DNA of 64,000 bases from Leucoraja ocellata. Its lineage: Eukaryota. Every line of letters begins with the position of its first letter. Position 1 is the stretch's first letter. Position numbers and translations under genes: made by a program. The notes under the pieces were generated by a model. It did not search any database. It had not been told where the DNA came from and saw nothing but the letters and a program-made list of their open reading frames with translations. The stretch covers positions 7,192,001 through 7,256,000 of the forward strand of contig JAWMAR010000030.1 of assembly GCA_036785375.1 (NCBI GenBank), written 5' to 3'. Shown here piece by piece: positions 1 to 13,653 of the stretch.

Positions 1-89
1 AATAATCATAACACAGGATAACTAATATCGTGCAAAAAAAAGCCAAAGTCCATAGCGCAAACAAAGATATACTCCACTGAAGACCTTAG

Positions 90-880
90 TTGCTGAGGAG
101 ATTGTTATATTATCCAGACACTGATGGTTCCCAGAAAGAAGCTGTTCCTGAACCTGATGGCCACTGTTTTCAAGTTCCTGTAACTTCTCCATAGTAGTAG
201 TGAAATGAAAGTGGGGCGCGGATGAAGTAGGTCTTTGATATTGGCAGCCTTTAAAAGTAACACCTCTAATGGTGCACACTATCTGTCTATCAGTCTCCAC
301 TCTTTTTGTTCCTCGGTGTTTGAGTTAAAGAACCAGGCCATGATGCAACCAGCCAGTATTCTCTCTACCATGCATCTATTGCAATTTGATAGAGTATTCA
401 TTGACACACCACATCTTCTCCATATACTAAGGAAGTAGAGGCATTGATGAGCTTTATTTGAGATTGCATTCATGTGCTGGATAATGGACAGATATTCAGA
501 GATATGCACACCCAGGAACTTAAAACTTTTAACTTTCTCCATCACTGTCTTATCAATGAAGACAGGGTCATGGATTCTTCTTCTTCTTTCATGTGGCGTG
601 CACAGCCTAAAGTTGTTGGACAACTTGTTCTATTTGATCTTCCGTTTGCGCACGTCGAGTTGATTGCATTAGTCAAAACAGGGCGGACCACGTGAAAGTT
701 GCAATCTTCCACCCCAATCATGGATCTCTGATCTTACCTGACTGAAGTCAACAATCAGTTCCTTGTTCTTGTGAACGTTAAGAACAACACTGTTATTCTA
801 GCACAATTGAGTCAGATTTTCAATCTCCGTCTTGTACTCTAACTCATCATTCCCTGTTATTTGTCCAACAATAGTTGTAT
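90..880 (-). mobile_element. Degenerate Rex1/Babar-type non-LTR retrotransposon 3' fragment, interrupted at 576-717
   Basis: Translations TTIVGQITGNDELEYKTEIENL and VKSFKFLGVHISEYL...KAHQCLYFL...RCMVERILAGCIMAWF resemble the Rex1/Babar RT C-terminus. Confidence 0.75.
576..717 (-). mobile_element. Short retroposed insert with (GAA)n tail and 8-bp TSD
   Basis: TCATGGAT at 568-575 and 718-725; TTCTTCTTCTTC at the left end. Confidence 0.7.
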
Positions 881-1624
881 GGCTAGTACAGGAAGCAGCA
901 CCAGTCCAGCCATTGATGTAGCCTAGAGGAATAGTTGGGAAGTGGTACGGGGGAAGGTTTGGAGCAGGAACTGTTCCACGTAGCCAATAAAAAGGAATGA
1001 AGTTAGGGCTCTGACTGCATTTGTGCTGCCTCCTGCACCTGTGGAACTCAGCAATTTTATTACCTTTCCTCGTAACTTCCACCCTGTTCTCAAATGATCA
1101 TTTCTGACACTTCCCTCCCTCTTCTAGGTCTGTCTCCATATCAGAAGCAAACTATGCCCTGACATTTACTATAAGCCTTCCTTCCATCCAGCCCATCTTG
1201 ATGGTGCATTAAGGCTGGACACAACCTGGCCATTTTTCCTTTCTTCGTCCTGATAGACAATAGTGGAAATATTTAAATTTAAGAACAACTTCTTCCACAC
1301 TGCTATGGAACTCTTGAACCATTCACCATTTTCACGCACCTGCCCCAGAGGTGCTACCACTCTACCTCATTCAATTATTCTGTTATTGTACTTTTGAACT
1401 ACTTGGATGTTTCAATCTTTCCCCATTCTGCTCTCACCTTCCTAAAATGTGTTTTCTCCATCTGCCGTCCTTCTGGTCCTACCATGTTTGTTCCCTTTCC
1501 CATACCCACCCCTCCTGCAGTCCCTCTTCACCCATTTTTCTCTCATCACCCCTACCAATTCCATTCAACTACCAAATGCACATTTCACCCACAAGGTTCT
1601 GCATTCACCCCCATCTGGTCCTGA

Positions 1625-2110
1625 TTCCTTCACCCATTCCTTCTCTCCAAAGATGCTGCCTGTCCCGCTGAGTTACTCCAGCTTTTTGTGTCCACTGTTT
1701 AAACCAGCATCTGCAGTTCCTTCTTACACACTCCTTACTTATCAGATTCTAGCACATACAGCCTTTGTGTTCCTGCTTAATTATCACCTCCATCTTCTCC
1801 CCTTACCCCACCTGGCTCCACCTGCCTTTTTTTTTCCTTTAGTCCTTCTCCATTTATAATGCACCTGCCTCCAACTCTGAAAACTACCCTTCAAGCACCC
1901 CTTCTCAGATAACCAATGAACTGTGGATAGTCACACAACTGCCCCTTTCCTCTTTATTCTGGCTATTTCCCCCCCTTTTGCAGAGTCCCCAAAACTTTGA
2001 CAATTCCTCTCCCCTCTCCCCCACCCCCGCTCCAAGGATGCTGATCCACCCATTCAGTCCCTCCAACAGATAGTGTATTGCTTCTTTTCCAGCATTAGCA
2101 ATTTATGGTG
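1625..2110 (+). mobile_element. Penelope pLTR-derived unit plus degraded Penelope-like 3' sequence
   Basis: CCATTCCTTCTCTCCAAAGATGCTGCCTGTCCCGCTGAGTTACTCCAGC...CAGCATCTGCAGTTCCTTC, the same family as at 58745-58875. Confidence 0.65.
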
Positions 2111-3511
2111 TTTTCAATACTGAGATTTGTATTGATTGAAATACCAATCTACTAGTTATATGGTTAACTCATGGATTAATAGTCTAGTGGTCTTAATTTT
2201 AAAGATCTTAAATTAAGATTTCAAATCCCAGTGTGGGATTTATTTTTGCTTTCTAATATCATCTTGACATAGTAATCCTAATGGAAACATGCTGGCTTAC
2301 TCCTGCTGTTCTTTTTTGTGTTCTTTGGCAGAACAATTTTAACTACCCAGTTTAGCTTTTTTAAGAATGCGATTGTTAATAATCTACTGAAATAGCCACT
2401 TGGTTGTGCAACAAAGAATAACAATAAAATGAGGATGTCCCTGTAGGAATAACCATCGTGTTCATATGGTGAAGGTGAAGAAGGAAGCTCACTGTTACCA
2501 TGCCAAGGGCAATAAAGCAGGGACAATACATGCTGACCTAGCTGGTGATACCCACAATTTGTGGACGTTTATCCATAAAACATTACCTCGTTATTTGACA
2601 CAAGGAAGCAGAAAGGAAATAACAAAACATTAAATAACCTTCTCCATTAACACTGTAGGGTTTGGAGAAAGAAATGATCATAAATAAATCACTTTACTTT
2701 TCATGAAAAAACTGCCAATGATTCATAGCGAAACTGTTTCGTTGCAGCATGATCTAGAGAGTTATTTATGATGAATTATTTACTGACAACATTATTTATA
2801 AAACAAATATTCATCTTCCTCTCAGAAAATAATTTAAGGTTTTCAGTTTTAAGTTATTGTTTTCACTATTTCATTTTGTAAAGTTCTGAAAAATGGTGGG
2901 AAGTAATTTGGATTTTGAGAACATAGCTTAGATTCTCAAATTACTGCTCCGCCAATAAATAACTTCAGGATGAATCATGGACTATGCTCCCACTCTTATA
3001 AATTAAGTCACATTATGAACAAGGAATTACAATTACTAGTCCAGGCCCATGTCATCTGAAAAAGAACTACCCACCTGACTCCTGATTATATAGTCACTTG
3101 AACACAAATAAATGTCCCAAGCCATTAAATTACTGTGTGATAAAAACAATTTCTGGGAAGGGAAACATTAGTATAAATAACAAGTTTCATATTGGGAGAC
3201 TTTGATCGAGAGAGTGGAGCACACTGAGTGGGAAAAACAGAGGGGGGTGGGCAAACCCAATGTTATCAAATGGAGATTACCTGAGCAAATCCTCCTGTCT
3301 TTTACTGATCTTAGCACCACTCTGAATTCCACTATTTTTTAATCAGCTGTTTTTTTCTCTAAAGAATAGTAAAACAGCCTAGTTCTCAAATAACTTTCAA
3401 CAAAGACTCTAAAATAATAATAGAACATACCCACCATTCCTCTATTAAGCTTCTATCAATTATTTACTGACAACATTACTTATAAAGTGAATATAAACAT
3501 TTCCTGCACTG

Positions 3512-4805
3512 ATGTTTAAGAAAGGACTGCGGATGCTGGAAAAATCGAAGGTAGACAAAACATGCGGGAGAATCTCAGCGGGTGAGGCAGCATCCGTGGA
3601 GAGAAATAATTGGCAACGTTTCGGGTTGAGACCCTTCTTCAGACTGATGTCGGGGGGGGGGGGGTGGCAAGAAAAGAAGATGGCGGAGACAGTAGGATGT
3701 GGGAGAACAGGGAAGGGGAGGGAAAGGAGAGAGAAAGCAAGGGCTATCTAAAATTAGATAAGTCAATGTTCATACCGTTGGGGTGTAAGCTATTCAAGCA
3801 AAATATGAGGCGCTTTTCCTCCAATTTGGGATGGGCCTTACTCTGACAATGGAGTAGGCCCAGGACAGAAAGGTCAGAGTGGGAATGGGAAGGGGTTCAG
3901 TGAAGCGATTGCCGAGCCTGCGCTTGGTCTCACCAATGCAGAGAAGTTGACACCTGGAACAGCGGATGCAGTAGATGAGGTTGGAGGGGGTGCAGGTGAA
4001 CCTCTGCCTCACCTGGAAAGACTGATTTGGTCCTTGGATGGAGTCGAGGGGGGAGGTAATGAACAAGTGTTGCATTTCCTGCGGTTGCAGGGGAAAGTAC
4101 CCGGGGAGGGGATGGTTTGGGTGGGACGGGACGAATTAACCGGTCTCTGCGGAAAGCAGAAAGGGGAGGAAAAGGGAAGATGTGGCCAGTAGTGGGATCC
4201 CTTTGGAGGTGGGGAAAATGTCGGAGGATTATATGTTGTATGCGACGGCTGATGGGGTGGAAGGTGAGGACAAGGGGTACTCCATCCTTGATACAAATAG
4301 GGGGAGGCTGAATAAGATCGGAGCTGTGGGATATAGAGGTGACCCTGGTGAGAGCTATAATGGAAGAGGGGAACCCCCGTTTCCTAAAGAATGAGATCTC
4401 CACTGCCCAAGTATGGAATATCTAACGGGCGCAGATGTGGCGTAGACGGAGGAATTGGGAGTAGGGAATAGAGTCTTTTCAGGAAGCAGGGTGGGAAAAG
4501 GTGTAGTCAAGATAGCTATTGGAATCAGTGGGTTTGTAGTTGATGTCGGTCGGTAGTCTGTTGCCTGCGATGGAGATGGTGAGATCTAGAAACGGTAGGG
4601 AGATGTCGGAAATGGTCCAGGTGAATTTGAGTGCCGGATGGAAATTCATTGTCAGTGAGTTCTGCATGGTGCAGGAGACAGCACCAATGCAGTTGTCAAT
4701 ATAGCAGAGGTAGAATTTGGGGATAGGGCCAGTGTATGCCTGGAACAGGGATTGTTCAAAATACTCTACAAGGAGGCTGGCATAGCTGGGGTCCATGCTC
4801 GCGCC
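3512..4805 (-). mobile_element. Penelope-like element (PLE), 5'-truncated and frameshifted: RT C-terminal half, GIY-YIG endonuclease and pLTR
   Basis: ORF pieces MGASMDPSYASLLV...YIDNCIG (RT motifs; YIDD degenerated to YIDN), LPFLDLTISI...YKPTDSNSYLDY, and NLIYCIRCSRCQLLCIGETKRRLGNRF (GIY-YIG). Confidence 0.9.
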
Positions 4806-5647
4806 CACAGCTTCGCCTTGGTAAGGACCAGCTCTGCTAGGCGGAGGAGTGCCTATCTATTCCCTGCACTGAGGCAGCTCACACAACTAATGGCCCAGAT
4901 GTTGCTAAAGATGAAGTGTGTTAAAGACACTGGGGATTATTCATGTACAAGTCATTCTACAACTTCTTGCGAGGAAGACATACACCAATAATTGTGAATT
5001 ACCATAGGTTATTATTTAATTTAAACAGCTCTGTTCACCTTGCAAAATTGGCAACTTGCTTTCAACTGCCTTGCGAGTTTTATGGAGATGCAAATTAACT
5101 ACCTATCAAAAAATAAGAATAAATAAAACTGCAAATGCTGGGAGCCTGAAATAATAAATGCTTGTAAAAACTCTGAGGAATCTGCGAAAGGTGAAACAGA
5201 GTTAACAAATCATTTCAGAGACCCTCTTCAGAACCTTGTAACTGCCCATCAAATTCATCGTATCCAGCAATATCTTCGATAATTGAACAATTAAAGGAAT
5301 GAAATTCCTTTTCTTCAGGGTTTGACGGAGATATTTTAAATGATGTTTATATTTCCTTACCCTTATCTCTCTATAAACAATTATTTTGCTAACTTCATAT
5401 TGCCATCAGCACCTGAGTTGATATTGAATTCACCTGCTATAAATTACATTTCCTGCTTGATCACTGCAATGTTTAGTTCTCAATTCTAGGTAGTAATTTG
5501 TATTTTGTAAATTAAATTGAGAACATTGTTGTTCTCTTGTCCACCAAGACCTATAATCCTCAGTGTCATTCAAGCTATAAAAGGCTCTAGACTAAAGCAA
5601 GACTATTTGACTGATTATGACCATGAAGCTGAAAAAGAGCTATTGTG

Positions 5648-5930
5648 CGGTTATGGTGGTGCAGTGGTAGAGTTACTGCCTTACAGCGAATGTCGACTAC
5701 AGGCTCTGTCTATACGGAGTTTGTACATTTTCCCCATGACCTGCGTGGGTTTTCTCCGAGTTCGTTGGTTTCCGACATACAGGGTTGTAGGTTAATTGGC
5801 TTGGTAAATGTAAAAATTGTCCCTAGTGGGTGTAGGATAGTGTTAATGTGGGGGATCGCTGGTCGGCGTGGACCCGGTGGGCCGAAGAGCCAGTTTCCGC
5901 GCTGTATCTGTAAACTAATCTAAACTAAAC
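5648..5930 (+). mobile_element. HE1-like tRNA-derived V-SINE
   Basis: A-box GGTGGTGCAGTGGTAGAG, central GGAGTTTGTAC...GTGGGTTTTCTCC, CR1-like tail GGGCCGAAG...TGTATCTGTAAACTAA; several similar copies in the window. Confidence 0.8.
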
Positions 5931-6789
5931 CCGAGTCCTGCCTTCTATTCCATAGCACAGTAAGTTGCAACATATCTATGTTTAAATATGGCAAGGTTTT
6001 GCCTACACTACATTTTCAGGCAATGAGTTTGGCTCTTTCCTCCTCTGGGTAAAAAAACAAATCCAAATTTTTTTTTTAACCAATTACCTTAGCTACAATA
6101 ATCTACTAGCAATTATCAACTTGCACATCAAGCAAATTATTGGGCATAAAGCCATAAAATATTCATGTGCAAACAAGTTTAACATACAAAGTTTGCTGGC
6201 AGGATGCTCACTGCAACTATATCTGCAGCTAAATAATTTTGGATCCGTTCAATTCCAGAATCACGCTTCAAAGTTCTGCAGAGATACAAGTCCTGCCACC
6301 TATAAATTGCGAAACTACAATACACTTATGCTGTAATAGAGGCTAATGCCTATTTGTTATTTGTTCATGTTGGGAAAGCCAACATGCATGTTGCATTGAA
6401 CTGAGCGATTTGCAAGGCCATCTAATATGGCAATCAGGAGTTAACCATGGTGCTACAGCTTTGCAATCAAATTTGGATGAACAGGGGTAGGGCAACAAAT
6501 ATCAGTTCCATCAGGACATGAGTGCATCTGAGCGATTCATAATCAAAATTGGTTTCAATAACTAGATTCAAATTTCATTCATGCCATGACACAATTTGAA
6601 TTTGTTTATTAGTTCTGAGCTCTGCTTATCTAAAAACAGGTATGTAACCACTACACTACTATACCCTTACTGGTAACCTTGAGCTCAGAAGGCAATGGGA
6701 AAGAACATGCTGCACTTAGTGGAAGAGAGGAAACACATTTTGGCTGGAAGCTGATAGTGCAGCTGGTGATACTGTTTCTCTTTGAATCT

Positions 6790-7930
6790 ACAAAGGAACT
6801 TTATTTATTGGGTGTGGACATCACTGACAAACCCAACATTTATTGCCTTTGCCTAATTGACTTTGGAAAAATTGCTGAGCTGTCATCTTACATTGTATTC
6901 TCAGTGCCATAGGGCAAGGAGTTTTTCAATGCACACCCATCAATGACGTAAGCACAGAAATATCTTTCAAAATGAGGATGGAATGAGACTTTGAGGGAAA
7001 TCTGAAGGCGTTGCATTCCCATGCACTTATTGTCCTTGATAATAATGGAGGCAGATTTGCAGGGTACTGTGAAAGTGTGGAAATAACTACATTTCATTAT
7101 ATAGATGGCACTTTATGCAAATGTGGTGCATCAATGGTGAAGGAGTAAAGATTCACAGTGGTTAATGGGCTGCCAATCAAGTGTACCATTTTGCCTTGGA
7201 TGGTGTTGACGTTCCTAAGAATTCTCAGAGCTCTGCATGTCTTTCAGGTGGTGGAAAGGATATGGACTGTCATCCAAATATCCTACCAGTTCTTTTAGTC
7301 GCAGTACGGGTGAATCCCGCGTTACACCGGTGGAAGGAATGGGGGGGGGGGGGGGGGAGTGTATTCTTAGAAAACAGTCTAGCTTCATAGTTCTTATCAC
7401 AAAGCATGACATGTGCATGTACAACAATAAGTGAGAGTTCAAAATGAAATATATTTTTTGATTACTTATTTACTTTTTTCCATAAATTCTGTAAGAGCAA
7501 ATTTTGCTCTGTATCTCAAATGTTTGCGTCGGGATTTGATAACACTAAAGGAAAATTTTCATTACTCGAACAGCCATAATGCAGGGTAATGAAATTTTGG
7601 TTAATGTTAATACTCAGGTTGTCAATGGTGGGACCTTTGATAAAGATAATAACATTATTATGTTGGGCTCACTCTTATTGGAGATGCTCATTGCCTGCCA
7701 TTTGCTTGGTGAGATAGTTACTTGCTATGTATCAGGTGATGGCAAGTTTTGGTGTAGGTTACTTTGTTTTCAGAGGAGTTGCACATGGAGGAGAATATGG
7801 TGCCATTATCATCAAACATCTCGCGGCTGACATTATGAAAAGTGGGTATTAAAGACGTTTAGGTCTATTACACTGCTGGAAGAAAATCCTGCTGTAATGT
7901 TCTGGAGAAGAGATGAATGATTTCTAACAA
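6790..7930 (-). mobile_element. Old degenerate CR1/L2-type LINE fragment
   Basis: Patchy similarity to the + strand relic at 27570-28150; no open frame. Confidence 0.45.
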
Positions 7931-10900
7931 GTACATCTTCCACTGCATAGTGAGCAGGAAGGAACTGCAGATGCTGGCTTATACCAAGGATAGACACAAA
8001 ATGTTGGAATAACTCAGCATGTCCTCTCCGGTGAAAAGGCATGGATGATGTTTCAGATCAAAACCCTTCAATTATTTAACTGCCGTGGATAAATGTTCCC
8101 TTTGATTCCTTTTGAGTATTTTACCAGGGATTTGTGAATGAATAGGCTTCTGAGACTCACAATTTATTTCTCTCAATTAATGTTCCAACAATCACGGGAG
8201 AATGGGAAACCAAACAAGAGTTGTGTGATTATTTTTAAATCATTTATACCACTTCTGTACAAAAAAGATGAGAACAATTGTAGGTGCAAAAGCCATAATT
8301 GTCTGGAACAATCTGACTTCAATATGTGCAAGTTAAAAACCTCAGCATTATATCATTATAGCAAAGCTTTCAGAAAGGGAAATGCAATATGAATCATCAA
8401 CAATCAAACGAAACAGCATTAATCATGTTCTTCAGCCGTGCAAATCAATCGTCTAATGACTGATTGGGAAGTGGATGCTAATGCTTCATTGTGCGAATCA
8501 AAAAGGATTTAGCAACCTTTTAGGCTAAAAGGAATAGCTAAATGGATGGAACAATTGTGATAATGCTTTGACCCATCAGAATAACTAAGGCAGGGGAAAT
8601 TGCCAAGAATCGATCAGTCAAGCAAGATATAAAAACCCAATGCTGCCAGTGCTGGGAATCGAAAATAAAAGTAGAAAATGCTGGAAATATTTAGCTGGGT
8701 GCCTGGAAGTATATGCGGAAAGAGAAAAATAGTCACCATCGCAAGTCCATCATCTTCCATTGGGTTAAAATTAGACTGAATGATGAGTTCGGTTACTGCC
8801 AGGCCCTTTGGATATGTTCAGCTTTTCCATCAGAAAGTGAGATGTCCAAACACAAAGTTGCAGAGACAAGAAATTGTAAATGCTAATTTAGAAAAAAAAA
8901 TTAACTCCAGTGCTTGAGTAACTCAGCGGGTCAGGCAGCATCTGTGGAGAAAAAAGAATAGATGACATTTCGGGCCAGTTGTGCAGCTGTTCAGCTCATG
9001 TGATGCAGTAAATCTGTAACGAAGGTTAGTCGAGTTTTCCTTCATCCTTCAGTAGAATTGTGACTCTCAGACTGTGGGTTGATTATAATGCGACGAAGGC
9101 ATCTGAGATCTGGGTCTCAAACACATAAGCAGTCTTTTTCCTCAACCAGTGAGAAATAAACAGAGGGACAAAATGGAAAAAACAGTAGGATGAATTAGGT
9201 AAATCAGGTACAGAGCAGGAAAAATACATTAGACTAAGAGAAGAAATAAAACTGAAAAGAGAAATAAATATTAAATATTTGACATTTTTAAATCTTAAGT
9301 ATGTAGACATTTTGCAGGAGTGGGATTCCATAGTTTAAATAAAATGTCCATTCCGGGTTGATTTTTAGTTCATAAAGAAATAACAGTCAAAGCATATAAT
9401 CCTGCTCTAATCTTTAGCCTTTACTCATTATTTCCTTTCTAATCCCAATAACCCCAAAACAATTTAATTCAGCCTTAAATTTATTTAATCTTGAAATCCA
9501 GAATTCCCTTGCACAAAGAACTACATTAATTGCAACCTCCAAACTGAAGAGGCTGACCCATTATCCAAGGAATTAATTCCCCGTTTCCGTACTCATTGTC
9601 CAGAATATCATCTCTGCAGCATCAATATATTTTTGCCAAGATCCCACAAATTTCCCTTTATTTCCCTGAATCAGAGACTACTGGCCAACTACAATAAATA
9701 CTCTCTCGTATGACAGGCCCCCCTCCTTTGAGGAATCAACTTATTTCAAACCAGAAAATTGTACAAGTTGAGAGCAACAGATACATACTCGTCATTTTAA
9801 CTATTTCAGTGGAAGGTCATCCCATTGGAATGTTTACTTTGTTTCTATCTGTACCAACGCTGAATCAATATCAAGTAAAGGCCTCCTTAAACTAGAAAAA
9901 CTATCCTATGTTCAGGACTTCAGTTGCAACAAGTCTTCTTATTTTCTTATTCCAGATCCTATGGGCATTTAGGATAGTGGTAGGATGAATTTCAAGTCAA
10001 GTTTATTCGTCACATACGCATACGAGTGCAGTGAAATGAAAAGTGGCAATGCTCGCGGACATTGTGCAAATAAAACAAACAAACTACAAACAGAATGGAA
10101 TAGAATCACATTCTTTTACATATTAAATATTGTGGCGGAAGGAAAAAGAAAAAAAAAACAACAAAACAACGGCGACTGGTATTTTCAATTGTGGGGGAAT
10201 TCAACTTGCAAACCGAATTGAGTTAAACCATTTGCTGCACATTACTGTTGGTTGGCCAATGCTTTTATTTAAATATATTGCTAGGCAGCACCATTTTCAG
10301 CTTACAAATTGTTTGGGTTACAAACAGCTCCCAGGCACTAAACTATCACAAGGAGAATTTGCTCCCTTAATCACTTGTCTTAACTTCTGTAGTGCATTTA
10401 ATCGATAATTATTGAACAAAATCAATGGGTGTTTTAAAATAATCATAATGGTAAAAATGAAGATGTTGTTTGTGGAAAGTGAACAACTAACCATGTGAAT
10501 AGGCCTGTAAAGACCAAAGATCTTAGAGTAAAGACTGCAGCAACTGACAGTGTCTCCTTTAAGATCCTAAACCTGATGGCCAATTGCAAATTAATCATTG
10601 CATTGTGACTGCATTATGTTTCCAGCATTGTGAGTCATCTTAATGGGATGTGTTTTGGCAACTTCTTGTGTTTGTTTATTCTGAGGCCAACAATGCAATT
10701 AAAGTGAACCCTTGTACACGTGACCAGTGGTGGAAGAGTTGAACATTAGAGGGTGTATGAAAGAAACATTGAGGCCTAGAAGATAATATCAGCTTGAGGA
10801 TAATGAATGTGGAATATGATACCTAGATTTGTTCTCCTGTAGCGTGTATCAACTACTGCAAGCTACAGTGTATGAGTTTTCTTTATGAGCTTTCAAGAGA

Positions 10901-11096
10901 TGGGGAGACTGATTAATTTTTTTTCAGTATCCAGAGATTTTGCAGTTCCAAAGGTTTTACTTTCATAGTTATTATAGTTATTCTTTTAAAGCTACCATTG
11001 ATCTATTAAATGTGTTTATATTGATTGAGCACAGTGTCACCTTTTCTTTCAGTTCCAATAAGCTTTATTTTTCCCTCTAAATTTCCAGGAGAGTAA

Positions 11097-11519
11097 TGGG
11101 CCTGTCCCACTTAGGCTATTTTTAGGCGACTGCCGGCGACTGTCATAGTCGTAGCAGGTCGCCGAAAAACCGGCGACTGGACCCCCCTTTGACATCAAAT
11201 TTGAAATAGAATCATATGTTAACAACAAAAGAAACGGTCATCCTGGCGACAACCTACGACAGCACCTACGTCAGGAGAAGTCAATCTACGCTCATTGGTG
11301 TCGAGCCAACTGTCGCCGAAATGTTTTGAACATTTCAAAATCCATCGAAATTTCAAAAACCAGAAAAACGCGACGATTCTTTGGGCGACTGAGGAGACTA
11401 TTCACAACCATACAGGCGACACCCCGCGACTTTTGCTGTAGTATCTTTGCCAGCGACCATGTGGCGACAGCCTAGTCGCCTGTAGTCGCCTAAAATATCG
11501 CCTAAGTGGGACAGAGGAT
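11097..11519. mobile_element. MITE with ~30-bp terminal inverted repeats, probably PIF/Harbinger type
   Basis: Left CTGTCCCACTTAGGCTATTTTTAGGCGACT, right AGTCGCCTAAAATATCGCCTAAGTGGGACAG; flanking TAA trinucleotides; CpG-rich interior with GGCGAC/GTCGCC motifs. Confidence 0.8.
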
Positions 11520-12236
11520 TAACAGTGATTAGTGGCATTACTTGAGAAATGTTAACCAAGACTGTTTAAAAAGTAGAAAGAAGGGAATGGACACCAAAAT
11601 GTGCTCAGATTCTTCCTTGAAATTGGTAGGCATACAGAGGAGTTTCTCCAGCATTTTTATCTACAGAGGACGATATGTTGCCTCATTTGATCGAGGAATG
11701 AATAAGATCAAACAAGAGATCTAAGTGGAGGTGTGCACCTTTGGGATAATGACCATGAATTAGCACTTAATATCGAAACAGAAAGCATATATGTCAACAA
11801 CAGAATGCTTATCTAAAATAAAACCTGACTGAACTGTAGCGGCTCTGTCAATAATTATATTTCATAAGTAACTGTTTCAGAATGTCACGGATAAGATCAA
11901 ATCTAATTAAAAGAAAAGATTTATAATAACGATGTAGGTACTAAAGGGGAACTTGAGAAATGATAGACTCAGCAAAGGAAAAGTTAATTCCAAATAATTT
12001 TCCAAAGCAGCAGTGAACATTTTTTAAGACATGCTAAATGAGAAAGTTGCATTGGGAATAGTGTACATCGATGTCAGAGAAGTCAATGAAAATAACAAAA
12101 AATTAAGCGGCCTGAAATTGAGTTGATTTAATTTGGCATCATGGTTGTCACAGTGTGGTTCAGAGATTATTTTCCTTTGTAGTCCTGTTCTACATTTATT
12201 CCAGATATTGATGAAAAGAAATATCTTCACAGCAGG

Positions 12237-12317
12237 TGGTGGATCTTTTACATTCTTCACCTGAGAGAAATGTAGAGGCCACAGTTCTCTCAGGTGAAGA
12301 ATGGAAATGATTCACCA
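12237..12317. repeat. 81-nt hairpin with a perfect 19-bp inverted repeat
   Basis: CATTCTTCACCTGAGAGAA (12251-12269) pairs with TTCTCTCAGGTGAAGAATG (12285-12303); the stem extends outward with 2 mismatches and one G-U. Confidence 0.85.
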
Positions 12318-13653
12318 AAAGCCCAAGAATTAAAACACACACACGTTTTAATACATTCTTCTTATATCTCAGGAGCTATCTCTATGTGAACGGAGATATC
12401 AAACCACAGCATAAAATCAAGCCACAGTATAAATTAATGATCTATGTGGAAGCATTGATTTCAGTCCTCCTTCTGAGATCTGGATTACCCCACTTCAGGC
12501 ACCTCAATGCACTGGAACAATGCCACTAATGCATTCTCTCCAATCTCATGGATAACATGTCTTCAACAGAAGCCCTGGTTTGTCAGTTGCATGAGCAAGC
12601 CATCTTCTTCACACGCCCAACACCATACTTTGGAAACAGTTACTCGATTCCAAGCTCTGTCACGAGAGATTACCCACTGGACAGTGCAAATGCTTATTGA
12701 CCAAAATGAAACATTCCATTTCATCTTTAGGATGCAACACTGGCCAAAATGACGAAGGAATGTTTGGGTTGAAGTTAGGGACATATACACTTTCATAAAC
12801 AGTGGAAGGAGCGCACCACATGAAACTATCCATATGTCTACTCCATCAAGCATCTCATACGCTTCCTGTGGAAAAGTTGATGGTTTCCATACTGGCTTCA
12901 TCTATCTGAACTAGAATGGGAGCCAGTCATCCTTGATCCCTGGGGACAGATGGAGATGACAACCAGGCTATATGCTGCATTGTTGCACTATAATGGCAAG
13001 GACTATATCTGAACTGTATTTTTCACTGCTTATTATAGAAAAAACATGGAAAAATAGTTAAAGGAGTAGGCCATTCAGCTCTTCGAGCCAGCACCGCCAT
13101 TCAATATAATCATGGCTGATCATCTAAAATCAGTACCCCCGTTCCTGCTTTTTCCCCCATATCCCTGGATTCCTTTAGCCCTAAGAGCTAAATCTAAATT
13201 CTCTCGTGAAAACATCTAATGAATTGGCCTCCACTGCTTTCTGTGGCAGAGAATTCCACAGATTCACAACTCTCTGGGTGAAGAGGCTTTTCCTCATCTC
13301 AGTCCTAAATGGCCTACCCCTTATTCTTAAACTGCGACCCCTGGTTCTGGAATCCGCCAACATGAGGAACATTTTTCCTGCGTCTAGCCTGTCCAATCCT
13401 TTAAGAATGTTATAAGTTTTTATAAGATCTCCTCTCATCCTTCTAAATTCCAGTGAATACAAGCCAATTCGACCCATTCTTTCAACGTATGTCAGTCCCA
13501 CCATCCCAGGAATTAACCTGGTGAACTTATGCTGCACTCCCTCAATAGCAATAATGTCCTTCCTCAAATTAGGAGACCAAAATTGCACACAATACTCCAG
13601 GTGCAGTCTCACCAGGGTCCTGTACAACTGCAGTAGGACCTCCTTGCCTGGAA

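Noticed and set aside
5655-5720. tRNA gene
   Set aside because: Only the tRNA-derived head of a SINE; no complete cloverleaf.
7341-7357. Poly-G/poly-C runs (also 3652-3664 and 34634-34650) as functional G-quadruplexes
   Set aside because: Simple homopolymers, mostly inside repeats, and of unreliable length in assemblies.
12563-12901. 112-aa minus-strand ORF and overlapping 81-aa plus ORF
   Set aside because: No recognisable motif and no phase-consistent splice partners were found; at most a non-coding exon.
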